The notes under the pieces were generated by a model. That model had not been told where the DNA came from, did no database searches, and saw only the letters and a program-made list of their open reading frames with translations. Shown piece after piece: positions 19,028 to 27,781 of a stretch of DNA of 32,882 nucleotides. Source of the DNA: a virus (taxonomy: Duplodnaviria; Caudoviricetes); IMG/VR virus record IMGVR_UViG_3300020044_007999, positions 1-32,882 of that record, one strand, 5' to 3'. Position 1 is the stretch's first letter. Each line of letters starts with the position of its first letter. A program made the position numbers and the translations under genes.

Positions 19028-19612
19028 ATGCCAACAGCATGTAGTGGAATAACAGAAAATGTACTGAACAATTGCGAGAACCCAATAGTGGGTGGAGCGA
19101 ATGATTTAGTTTGGCTTGTCAACAAAGCAGACATTGCTTCTTACACACCTGATCCTTCCAATCCTTATTTGGTAACAGGATTCACACTTAACACAGGCGC
19201 TTATCTTTACGCTTACGAAGGACAAAACAATTCAGTTGATCTTCGTGCAGCATTGGTTCGTCAAAGGTATGTTAGTGTATACGATCACGAGGCAATTATC
19301 AAAGTATTTGACAACACTCCAGAAGTGAAAAAACAACTTGCTTACCTTCAATCAGGTGTAGTTGTTGCAATTGTTCAGAAGAACTTCAAAGCATCTGATG
19401 GACTTGGAGCATTTGAATTGTATGGTCTTGATGCAGGATTAATCTTGAATGCATCTGAATCAAACGCATCTGATGCTGACACACAAGGTGCTTGGAACTT
19501 AACACTTTCAACTTCTGAACAAGCAAAAGAACCTGGACCACCGAAAACATTATTAATCGGAGGAACTTATCTTGCAACTAGAACAGCACTTGAGGCATTG
19601 CAAGCACCGTAA
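19028..19612 (+). CDS. Probable major tail tube protein
   Basis: C..I...NC.NP.VGG start, YGLDAGL motif; follows capsid; followed by terminator. Confidence 0.65.
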   Translation: MPTACSGITENVLNNCENPIVGGANDLVWLVNKADIASYTPDPSNPYLVTGFTLNTGAYLYAYEGQNNSVDLRAALVRQRYVSVYDHEAIIKVFDNTPEVKKQLAYLQSGVVVAIVQKNFKASDGLGAFELYGLDAGLILNASESNASDADTQGAWNLTLSTSEQAKEPGPPKTLLIGGTYLATRTALEALQAP

Positions 19613-19615
19613 CTT

Positions 19616-20101
19616 ATGACTGGAATCGAACTAAAAACGATTCTTGACACTTACAAAAAACCTCCGACTCATGAGAATAAGGCGGGGGTTTTTTCGCTAT
19701 ACACAAGAATCACAGGAAAGAATCCTGATCGTAATTGTTTGAACTGTGCGATTGAATGTTATTTGGAAATGTGGAATTTAAGTAAGCAATTTCAAGATAA
19801 AGAAATACCTTTGGTTGTAATTAAAAATCAAAACATGAAAGCATTAGTAATTAACAAAGGTCTTAATCTTTATAGAATTAAGAATCCATTTAGAGTCCAC
19901 GGCAATCCAAAGATTCAAACCAACGAGAATACAACTGATGAAGAAGTTGAAATGTTGATCAATTCTAATCGTGCATTGAGAGGACATTTTGAAAGAGTTG
20001 ATGGTTTAGATATTATGACCTTCCAAGAATTGCCAAAACTAAACATTGTCAAAACTTCTGAGCAGGTTAAAAAAGTATCAAAGAAAAAAGTGCAGAAGTA
20101 A
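19616..20101 (+). CDS. Hypothetical protein with CxxC motif
   Basis: NCLNC; alternative internal start at 19835. Confidence 0.6.
   Translation: MTGIELKTILDTYKKPPTHENKAGVFSLYTRITGKNPDRNCLNCAIECYLEMWNLSKQFQDKEIPLVVIKNQNMKALVINKGLNLYRIKNPFRVHGNPKIQTNENTTDEEVEMLINSNRALRGHFERVDGLDIMTFQELPKLNIVKTSEQVKKVSKKKVQK
19655..19694 (+). terminator. Intrinsic terminator after capsid/tail tube genes
   Basis: AAAAAACCTCCG ... CGGGGGTTTTTT stem with U tract. Confidence 0.65.
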
Positions 20102-21213
20102 TGGCAAAAATTGTCAATGGTAATACTCGCAAAAGGATTCTAGTTCGTGATTTAAATCAGGAAAGAATATACGCATACGGATATGACAACAGCTATCCAC
20201 AGCAAGTATTTGATTTGATCAATTCATCGGGAACTGCAAAGGCATCTACGAATCTATTTATTAAGTATGTGATGGGTGGTGGCATATCAGATCCACAGCT
20301 TTATAAAAAGGTGATTAATTCATCAGGTGTTACATTAGACAAGTTAATGCGTTCTTGCATCTCTGATTATTGCACATATCATGGCTTTGCTGTTCATGTT
20401 GCTTACAATGCATTAGGCGAGATTACAGGCTACAATCACATTCCTTTTGAATTTACTCGTTTGGCTTGGGATGGCAGAATAGCTGTCTATGATAACTGGG
20501 ATAAACGCAAATTAAAAGATAAGGCTAAGTATGTTATTAATGACATTAAGTTTTATAATGTATTTAATCCATCAAATGCAATTTCAGAAATTAACAATGC
20601 TGAAGGTGATACAATAGAAGCGAAGATTCAGGACTATTCAGGTCAGGTGTTTTGGTATTCATTTGATGGCAGAGAAACATATCCATTAGCACCTTTAGAT
20701 TCCGTTCTAGAGGACATTCAAACTGATGCGGAAGTAAAGATCGGCAAATTAAAGAATGTTAAAACCAATTTCATGGCTGCTCAGATGGTTAAGTATCGGG
20801 GCAAGTTTGAAACTGATCAGGCAAGAGCAGAATTCTTGGAATCATTGGAGCAGTTTCAAGGAAATGAAAATACTGGTAATGTCATGCTAGTTGAGGTTGA
20901 AGATTCTGAAGCAGACTTCTCAATTGAACCATTTACTATCCAAGATTTTGACAAGAAATGGGAATCAACTGAAAGAACTGTTAAGGAAAACATCATTCAA
21001 GCATTAGGTCAACCACAGGTATTGCTCTCAATGACTACAGCAGGTAAATTGGGGACTGCAAATGAGATTCAGGATGCAAAGGATTTCTACAATGAAATAA
21101 CTGCATCAGATCGTTTGATTGTTGAAGAAGAATTCACCAGGTTATTACAAACTCCGATAACTATTGTACCATTAAATCAAAATACAACTGCAAATGTTAC
21201 TAATAACGGCTGA
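20101..21213 (+). CDS. Portal protein
   Basis: YGYDNSYPQ, HGFAVHV, HIPFE..R, YPLAP, FQGNENTG, GKLG patterns. Confidence 0.8.
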   Translation: MAKIVNGNTRKRILVRDLNQERIYAYGYDNSYPQQVFDLINSSGTAKASTNLFIKYVMGGGISDPQLYKKVINSSGVTLDKLMRSCISDYCTYHGFAVHVAYNALGEITGYNHIPFEFTRLAWDGRIAVYDNWDKRKLKDKAKYVINDIKFYNVFNPSNAISEINNAEGDTIEAKIQDYSGQVFWYSFDGRETYPLAPLDSVLEDIQTDAEVKIGKLKNVKTNFMAAQMVKYRGKFETDQARAEFLESLEQFQGNENTGNVMLVEVEDSEADFSIEPFTIQDFDKKWESTERTVKENIIQALGQPQVLLSMTTAGKLGTANEIQDAKDFYNEITASDRLIVEEEFTRLLQTPITIVPLNQNTTANVTNNG

Positions 21214-21766
21214 AGATATACGGGAATTTAAAACCTTGAGCATTAATATTCCTGATGAGCGAATTAATCCGTTTATTTTGGAGGCTCAAATTATGGATTT
21301 GCGAAAAGTTACCGGGAAAGATTTGTACAATAAATTAATTGAAGAAATAAGTCCTGTAAATTATCCAGAACTTAAAGAACAATACAAAGGATTTCTATGT
21401 TATCGGGCATATTATCGCATCTTATCTAACAATCAAGCAACAGTTACATCGAATGGTGTAGTAATGAAGTTGAATGATAACAGCGAACAATTGAATCCTG
21501 CTGCATTGGCAGTAATTCGCAATTCGGTATTGGATGGATCAAAGGTTTATGAAGAAGATTTTATTGATTTTATGAACTTGCCTGCTTCCATCATAGCTTA
21601 TCCAGAGTGGTTGACATCAAGTTGTTATTGCAGGCATTCAAGTCCTAATCCATCGGTGAGAATATCAGCAGCAGGAAATAAGAAAACAATTAACGAGGCA
21701 GCAAACGATTTAAACAACAGAAATGGTTACTATCAGTCAAGGTGGAACAAGTACGATAATTATTGA
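21194..21766 (+). CDS. Head-tail adaptor (putative)
   Basis: FILEAQIMDL..TGKDLYNKL, TSNGVV; follows portal. Confidence 0.65.
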   Translation: MLLITAEDIREFKTLSINIPDERINPFILEAQIMDLRKVTGKDLYNKLIEEISPVNYPELKEQYKGFLCYRAYYRILSNNQATVTSNGVVMKLNDNSEQLNPAALAVIRNSVLDGSKVYEEDFIDFMNLPASIIAYPEWLTSSCYCRHSSPNPSVRISAAGNKKTINEAANDLNNRNGYYQSRWNKYDNY

Positions 21767-21950
21767 AAACGATGGAACTTATCTTGCATTCAGAACTGAT
21801 CGGATGCGATTAGAAGCGAATGGGGATTGTATTCAGATTGTTACATCAAAAGGAACTGTGTTTGAATCTCAACCAAGATTTGACGAAGTAACAAGTCCTT
21901 CATCAATAAGTGCAATAGATTTAATTAATCAGATATCAGCATGGCTATAG
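21723..21950 (+). CDS. Small structural protein (stand-alone repeat module)
   Basis: Resembles the N-termini of the next two proteins. Confidence 0.6.
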   Translation: MVTISQGGTSTIIIENDGTYLAFRTDRMRLEANGDCIQIVTSKGTVFESQPRFDEVTSPSSISAIDLINQISAWL

Positions 21951-22570
21951 AAATTAATGATTTAGGTTCAACTATTTCCATTCTTAATGATGGCGAATAC
22001 ACGATAATTACCAAGCAAGATGCTAGTGTTGCATTAAATGGTTCAATCGTGGCTCTGATTGATTTTTCAGGCCAAAGATATGAATACAACTTTGCTGATG
22101 TAAATGTTCCTGCAGAGGCTTCGGGTGCAGATTTAGCAGCAACTTTGAATGATTACCTTCAGACAACTGGAGGAGTTTTAAACCTTAAAGTATTATTGAC
22201 ACCTAATCAAATTGCAAATGCATTTACATATCCGATTGATATTGGTTTGCCTTCAAGTGGGGTTGGTTATTATTGGAGTATTAAAAGATTTGATACTAAT
22301 CCCATATCTGGAAGTGATCCGTACTTTCCTGCTACATATTTAGGTATTTTCCCAAGTACAGCACCTTTTAACAATGTATGGACAAATTCATTGACTTTTG
22401 TAAATTCACCAGGTACGCTTATAGTTGGTTTACTAGGCGCAGGATCAACCTTTACTGCTGGCCCAAATTACGTTGAAAATGATACTTTGCAAATAGGAGC
22501 AGACGATGATTCTTCAATAGGGGATATTTACTATGATGTTTATATTCAAGTGGAAAAAGTCAAACTATGA
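21941..22570 (+). CDS. Virion appendage protein
   Basis: Shared N-terminal module plus beta-rich C-terminal domain. Confidence 0.6.
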   Translation: MAIEINDLGSTISILNDGEYTIITKQDASVALNGSIVALIDFSGQRYEYNFADVNVPAEASGADLAATLNDYLQTTGGVLNLKVLLTPNQIANAFTYPIDIGLPSSGVGYYWSIKRFDTNPISGSDPYFPATYLGIFPSTAPFNNVWTNSLTFVNSPGTLIVGLLGAGSTFTAGPNYVENDTLQIGADDDSSIGDIYYDVYIQVEKVKL

Positions 22571-23886
22571 TTACAATCGAAAACAGTACACTTCATTTAA
22601 TATTAACCGAAGATTCAGAAACGACAATAATCCGAAAAGATAATTGCCGTATTTTAATTTTTGGTGATATTGTAAGGCTTACTGATTTCGAATTTAATAT
22701 TTATGAATTTGATTATTCAACTGTTTCAGATCCTGCAACAGTTAAGGCAGAAGATTTAGGTGATATATTAACTGACTATCTAAATAATACAGCAGGGGGA
22801 AGTGGAACAGTTACAGCGGTTACTGCTACAGCGCCATTAACATCATCAGGTGGTGCTACTCCAGACATATCAACCACAATGTCTACTAATAAATTAATTG
22901 GTAGAGGAACAGCAGGATCAGGAGTATTTGAAGAAATCACATTAGGCACAGGATTATCTTTATCAGGAACTACATTAAATGCAAGTGCAAGTGGTGGTGG
23001 CATTCCTCATTCTACTGCAACAGGAACAGACACTTATTTAACTACAATTACTGGAGTTACTTCATACGCTGATGGTGATGCCTACTTAATTAGATTTACC
23101 AACGGCAATACAACAGGTGCGTCATTAAATATTAACTCATTAGGTGCAATTACTTTGTACAGAAATAACGATGGAGTGCTAATCGGGGGAGATATTTGGG
23201 CAGGTGCAGAAATGCTTTGCATCTACAATTCAACAACTAATGGATTTCAGTGCATCGGTACTTCACCTAATAGTTTATTTTCCTATGTTACCAATGCTGA
23301 CTCAGTTACGATTACTAAGGGGCAAGTTGTTTATGCTTTCGGAGGTGTAGGAGATAGAATGACAGTTAAGATGGCATTGAACACATCAGACGCAACTTCT
23401 GCTCAAACTGTTGGTCTTGTATTATCCACTTCAATTGCGGCAAACCAAAAGGGAATTATAATCATGCAAGGTTTATTGGATGGATTAAGCATTCTTCCTA
23501 CCTCAACTTATGCAGATGGTGATCCAATTTATCTTGGTGCAACAGCAGGGGCGATTACAAAAGTAAAACCTTATGCTCCAAATCATTTAGTTTATTTAGG
23601 TGTTGTTACAACTGCAAGCAATGGAGCAGCAGGAAGGATGTATGTAAGAGTTCAGAATGGTTATGAACTTGATGAACTCCATAATGTACAAGCACAAACA
23701 CCGACATTAAAAGATACTTTATGGTATGATAATACTGTTTCTCCTGCACAATGGAAAACTGCATCAATACCTACAATATTAGGATCAGCAGGCGGTGATT
23801 TAACAGGAACATATCCCAATCCAACTCTTAACAGTTCAGTATCTTCATCAGATCAATTTATTCTATCAACTCAAATATTCAGTTAA
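22567..23886 (+). CDS. Fibre/appendage protein
   Basis: Gly/Thr/Ser-rich; GTVTAV..TAPL, GTGLSLSGTTL, NGYELDELHNV, GGDLTGTYPNP fibre motifs. Confidence 0.75.
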   Translation: MITIENSTLHLILTEDSETTIIRKDNCRILIFGDIVRLTDFEFNIYEFDYSTVSDPATVKAEDLGDILTDYLNNTAGGSGTVTAVTATAPLTSSGGATPDISTTMSTNKLIGRGTAGSGVFEEITLGTGLSLSGTTLNASASGGGIPHSTATGTDTYLTTITGVTSYADGDAYLIRFTNGNTTGASLNINSLGAITLYRNNDGVLIGGDIWAGAEMLCIYNSTTNGFQCIGTSPNSLFSYVTNADSVTITKGQVVYAFGGVGDRMTVKMALNTSDATSAQTVGLVLSTSIAANQKGIIIMQGLLDGLSILPTSTYADGDPIYLGATAGAITKVKPYAPNHLVYLGVVTTASNGAAGRMYVRVQNGYELDELHNVQAQTPTLKDTLWYDNTVSPAQWKTASIPTILGSAGGDLTGTYPNPTLNSSVSSSDQFILSTQIFS

Positions 23887-23887
23887 T

Positions 23888-24244
23888 ATGCCTACTTATT
23901 CAAAAGTAAAATTATCAGGATCAACATCAGGCAGACCAGTCAAGATATCTGCAACAACATCACCGGGTACAACTATTCATACCACACTTGGAACAGCATC
24001 GACTGATGAGGTTTATCTGTATGCTAATAACACCGATACAGTTACAAGAACCTTGACTATTCAATGGGGAGGTACTACTTCACCTGATGATTCAATAGTG
24101 GTCGGTATTGCTGCACAGTCTGGAATATTCTTAGTAATACCGGGGCTTATTTTAGTTGATACAGGGGCAGCATTAACTATTCGGGCATTTGCTGATTTCA
24201 CAAATATTATCAATATAACAGGCTACGTTAATCGAATTGTATAA
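23888..24244 (+). CDS. Small beta-sandwich virion protein
   Basis: DEVYLYANN, LVIPGLIL, INITGYVNRI. Confidence 0.6.
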   Translation: MPTYSKVKLSGSTSGRPVKISATTSPGTTIHTTLGTASTDEVYLYANNTDTVTRTLTIQWGGTTSPDDSIVVGIAAQSGIFLVIPGLILVDTGAALTIRAFADFTNIINITGYVNRIV

Positions 24245-25065
24245 TGAGAATACTAACTAGGCGAGACACAGGATTACTTACTCAATGGACTTTCGGCAGG
24301 GGTGCGTTAGATGCAGATGCTCTAACTTTTATAAATGCAGCAGGAATAACTGACAGAACGGAACAGTCGGCAATTAACGCTCTTGTATCTTCCTTGAAAT
24401 CATTTGGTTTGTGGACTAAGATGCAGTCTATTTATCCATTTGTAGGCGGTACGGCATCAAGTCATAAATTTAATTTGAAAAATCCTGCCGATACTAATGC
24501 TGCATTTCGATTGTTATTCGTAGGTGGTTGGACTCATTCAGCAACAGGAGCATTACCTAATGGAACTAATGCTTATGCAATTAGTTATTTTAATTCTTCA
24601 CTCCAGCAGTCAGTGAATAGTAATGGAATGGGAGTTTATATTACTCAATACACAGTAGCAGGAGCTGATCCAGTTCAAATTGGTAATTTTAATTCAATAA
24701 CTCAAGCATCATTAATTGCGGTAACACCTGTATTATTTAATAGCCGATTAAATGGTACTACAATTTCATCTGCAATCGTTGGAGGTGGTGGAAGTTTTGA
24801 CACGCAAAGAACTTCGGCAACAGTTACGACAATATACAAGAATGGATCTGCTGTTGCAACAGGGAATAGCGGAGGAACATTGCCTGTTGATTTTAATGGT
24901 TTTTTTCTAGGAAATCTGAGCCTTAACAATGCTCCTTATGCTTCTGGCTATAATAACTCACAATTTCGTTTTGCTTATTTTTCTCAAGGATTAAATAGTA
25001 CAGAAATAGCTAATTTAAGAATCGCAGAACAAAATTTCCAAACAACATTAGGACGACAACTATGA
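24244..25065 (+). CDS. Putative receptor-binding/lectin-like (LamG-like) fibre protein
   Basis: FINAAGIT..AINALV..LK..GLWTKM..IYPFVGG..HKFNL; IYKNG; FQTTLGR. Confidence 0.65.
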   Translation: MRILTRRDTGLLTQWTFGRGALDADALTFINAAGITDRTEQSAINALVSSLKSFGLWTKMQSIYPFVGGTASSHKFNLKNPADTNAAFRLLFVGGWTHSATGALPNGTNAYAISYFNSSLQQSVNSNGMGVYITQYTVAGADPVQIGNFNSITQASLIAVTPVLFNSRLNGTTISSAIVGGGGSFDTQRTSATVTTIYKNGSAVATGNSGGTLPVDFNGFFLGNLSLNNAPYASGYNNSQFRFAYFSQGLNSTEIANLRIAEQNFQTTLGRQL

Positions 25066-25262
25066 TAGTTTACCTACTCACAAACGAACAAGCAGATTCA
25101 ATCAAAGGAGTTGAGTTTATGCCCGATAATTTATTCAATCCTATCCAAGATGCAAATGGCAATTGGGTAATTACTGAGGAAGAAGTTAGCCAAACATCAA
25201 TCGAATGGGTAAAGGACTTGCCACAGATTCAATACGAGCCGATTATTTACCAACTCGAATAA
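25062..25262 (+). CDS. Small fibre-associated protein
   Basis: FNPIQDANGNWVI..EE..WVKDLP. Confidence 0.6.
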   Translation: MIVYLLTNEQADSIKGVEFMPDNLFNPIQDANGNWVITEEEVSQTSIEWVKDLPQIQYEPIIYQLE

Positions 25263-25263
25263 C

Positions 25264-25271
25264 TACCTTTG
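25264..25271 (+). promoter_or_regulatory. -7 promoter element TACCTTTG ahead of PAS/lysis operon
   Basis: TAnnTTTG just after stop 25262 and 5 nt before ATG 25277. Confidence 0.6.
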
Positions 25272-25276
25272 CAATC

Positions 25277-25804
25277 ATGTTAGACCGATTGGCTTTATTA
25301 TCAGATAATTTATTGTATTTCGTTTGTGATCCTACTTACCGAGTAATTTATTCAAACAACTTCTTTCAAAATACGATTGACATTACAATTGGCAGCAACA
25401 TTTTTGATTTTATTGATTCGGAGGATATAGATAAATTCAACAAGGCAATAAACAGCAAGAGCAAGAACTTCTCAATCAAGATAAAAGTTAAAGGACATAA
25501 GTTTGAATTGTGCAGATTTACTTTTGATACCTTTTTGTTTAATCACTTTCACTTTCTTGGTGTAATTATCTCAGACACACCTCACGAAACTAGGGAAGCA
25601 AATAAGAGGATGAAGAACATTATTAAGAGTTTCAAGCATTACATTAATCACGAACTCTTATCGCATCAAACAAAGGTAGAAGGAGGATTGAAATTGCTTG
25701 GAATGGCAGAAAGTGAACTTGAAAGAAAGGAAGCTGTGTTGATAATTGAAAACGCATCCGCAGCGTTAAGGCTTGCGATTGTTTCGGCAAATACGAAAAT
25801 ATGA
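25277..25804 (+). CDS. PAS domain plus HisKA(DHp)-like protein lacking HATPase domain
   Basis: FVCD..RVIYSN..F..IGSNIFDFIDSED (PAS); NHELLSHQTKVEGGLKLL (H-box-like). Confidence 0.72.
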   Translation: MLDRLALLSDNLLYFVCDPTYRVIYSNNFFQNTIDITIGSNIFDFIDSEDIDKFNKAINSKSKNFSIKIKVKGHKFELCRFTFDTFLFNHFHFLGVIISDTPHETREANKRMKNIIKSFKHYINHELLSHQTKVEGGLKLLGMAESELERKEAVLIIENASAALRLAIVSANTKI

Positions 25805-26115
25805 AAACGATTCTTTTTCTTTTTATTTCGCTGTCAATTTCGGCTCAAAAATATAGAGTTCGGGCAGTTAAGGATTCAATCTATATTCAAGATACTTTGC
25901 CGATCGGTCACACATTGAAAGTCTGGAGTCCTTACGTTAAAGATTTTTTGCTTACATTAACCAATCCTGAAGGTTACATTGTCGATGTTATGCAGCCACA
26001 CACGAATGGATGGAAGCGAAAGGAGGACATCAAAGGTTGGTATTCTTATGAATTAATTTGGTTTGATTTCAGAGGGAAAAGGTCGGTTAAGTCAGGGAAG
26101 GTATTTGTGTTATGA
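25801..26115 (+). CDS. Secreted protein resembling a stand-alone T9SS type-B C-terminal sorting domain
   Basis: Signal peptide MKTILFLFISLSISA|Q; LTLTNPEGYIV..NGW..GWYSYEL..KSGKVFVL. Confidence 0.55.
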   Translation: MKTILFLFISLSISAQKYRVRAVKDSIYIQDTLPIGHTLKVWSPYVKDFLLTLTNPEGYIVDVMQPHTNGWKRKEDIKGWYSYELIWFDFRGKRSVKSGKVFVL

Positions 26116-26645
26116 ATCGGTCATTAGTTGGTGCGCTCGTAGTTTGTTTTATCGTGATGTTTATGCTGCTAAGAAAGGCATTAGATTACCGAAAGGAAGC
26201 AATGAGACTTGAATCAAATGAATACGCACTTTTGAATCCAACACAAGGGCGAGTCGTTAATCTTACCGAAGATCAGTTTGAGGATCGGCTAGGTTTCAAA
26301 ATTGATTCTCTAAATAAGCTGCATAAAGAGCGCATGAAGCACATTATAGGACTTACCACTATAAAGACAAAGATAGTTCTGCAAAACGTACCAATGGAGG
26401 TAATTCGATATGATACAGTTACACGCATCAGGGAGTTGGCTTATTTGGATTCGTGCTTTTCAGTTAGCTTGGTTGATACTACACTCAGCATCTCATTCAA
26501 CGATACAATCGAAATCGTTAACTACTTGGGCAAACGATCAAAGAAATTTCTATTCATTCGTTATGGCAAACGACACGAACACGTAAAGGCATTTAGCAAA
26601 TGCGGACAGATTGAAATCGGAAGTGTTAAGGTAGTAAAGGAGTAA
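26112..26645 (+). CDS. Putative spanin-like lysis protein
   Basis: N-terminal TM, periplasmic coiled segment, KKFLFIRYGK; next to endolysin. Confidence 0.55.
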   Translation: MNRSLVGALVVCFIVMFMLLRKALDYRKEAMRLESNEYALLNPTQGRVVNLTEDQFEDRLGFKIDSLNKLHKERMKHIIGLTTIKTKIVLQNVPMEVIRYDTVTRIRELAYLDSCFSVSLVDTTLSISFNDTIEIVNYLGKRSKKFLFIRYGKRHEHVKAFSKCGQIEIGSVKVVKE

Positions 26646-26675
26646 CAAATCAAATTGAAGTTCGTAAAATAAAGA

Positions 26676-27110
26676 ATGAAAATAGCAATTGATATAATCA
26701 AGAAATTTGAAGGCTGCAAATTAACAAGTTACAAATGCCAAGCAGGGATATGGACGATCGGATATGGTTCGACTTATTACGAAAATGGCAACAATGTTAA
26801 TTCGGGAGATTCAATCAGTCAGCAGCGAGCAGAATCATTATTATTAACCACAGTAACCAAGTTTGCATCGGAGGTAAATAAGATCGTTAAATCAACTGTA
26901 AACGATAATCAGAGATCAGCGTTGATATCATTTGCGTTTAATCTCGGAGTTGGTGCATTGAAAAAATCAACTCTGCTGAAATTAGTGAACGCAAATCCGA
27001 ATGATCCCCAGATTGCACATGAGTTTATGAAGTGGGTGAATGCAGGAGGCAAACCATCGAATGGATTAATAAATCGTAGAAGAACAGAATTGCATCTATA
27101 TTTTAGCTGA
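26676..27110 (+). CDS. Endolysin, GH24 lysozyme
   Basis: FEG..YKCQAGIWTIGYG, ALISFAFNLG, GLINRRRTE. Confidence 0.95.
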   Translation: MKIAIDIIKKFEGCKLTSYKCQAGIWTIGYGSTYYENGNNVNSGDSISQQRAESLLLTTVTKFASEVNKIVKSTVNDNQRSALISFAFNLGVGALKKSTLLKLVNANPNDPQIAHEFMKWVNAGGKPSNGLINRRRTELHLYFS

Positions 27111-27112
27111 TT

Positions 27113-27328
27113 ATGGCAGTCAGAAAAAAATGGTTTGAGAAATACTTAACTTGGTCAAATGCTGCATTGTTTCTGATCATGCCAATTCTTTTTTATTTTG
27201 GGTTTGGATTACTTACCGGCAGAATGAAATCTGAAACAGCAGCAGCCGGAATGATTACTTGGTCAGGAGTTGGTACTGGTCTTGCTCTGATGATACAGCA
27301 GTTTAAAAAGAAACCTGATGGGGAGTGA
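27113..27328 (+). CDS. Holin (putative, two TM)
   Basis: 71 aa, two hydrophobic segments, charged tail; follows endolysin. Confidence 0.65.
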   Translation: MAVRKKWFEKYLTWSNAALFLIMPILFYFGFGLLTGRMKSETAAAGMITWSGVGTGLALMIQQFKKKPDGE

Positions 27329-27671
27329 TACTGTAATATATTACGGGTGGTCGGAGAATCCTCGCCAATTTCCTGATACAATGCCTGATGGTCGTGTTTT
27401 TATTTCGCAGGAATTTATCGGAGTTGATACTGTTAATTGGTATACGTGGCTTCCAATCCCGAAACCAACTATCTTTCGACCTATGGAAATTAAAACTACT
27501 CAGCATCCTGTATCTGCTCCGAAACATCACATAACAATCTATTCGCATCCTGATGTTGCAAAGCCTTTAGAATGGGAGCAGTCAGGGGAATTGGTATCTT
27601 ACTGCGGATTTTCGCTTGGTTTTGCGATTTGGTTGGGGTGTCTTGTAGTTAAGATATTTCAACCTTCATAA
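27318..27671 (+). CDS. Hypothetical protein with C-terminal membrane anchor
   Basis: Pro-rich middle; C-terminal LVSYCGFSLGFAIWLGCLVV. Confidence 0.55.
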   Translation: MGSDTVIYYGWSENPRQFPDTMPDGRVFISQEFIGVDTVNWYTWLPIPKPTIFRPMEIKTTQHPVSAPKHHITIYSHPDVAKPLEWEQSGELVSYCGFSLGFAIWLGCLVVKIFQPS

Positions 27672-27781
27672 AACTCATCATCTTCATTATTTTCAATCCG
27701 TTTTCGTGATCTCTTGGAGGTCAGAATCGAAATCATTGCAGCCCAAGTGATAAGTATTCCAAGTACTATCCAGTCTTTCAT
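27659..27781 (-). CDS. 40-aa single-pass membrane protein (not in ORF track)
   Basis: MKDWIVLGILITWAAMISILTSKRSRKRIENNEDDEFYEG; ATG overlaps XRE stop (ATGA). Confidence 0.65.
   Translation of the reverse strand: MKDWIVLGILITWAAMISILTSKRSRKRIENNEDDEFYEG

Noticed and set aside
25205-25276. Track start for the PAS protein at 25205
   Set aside because: Overlaps the upstream gene by 58 nt; ATG 25277 follows a promoter box and begins the PAS region
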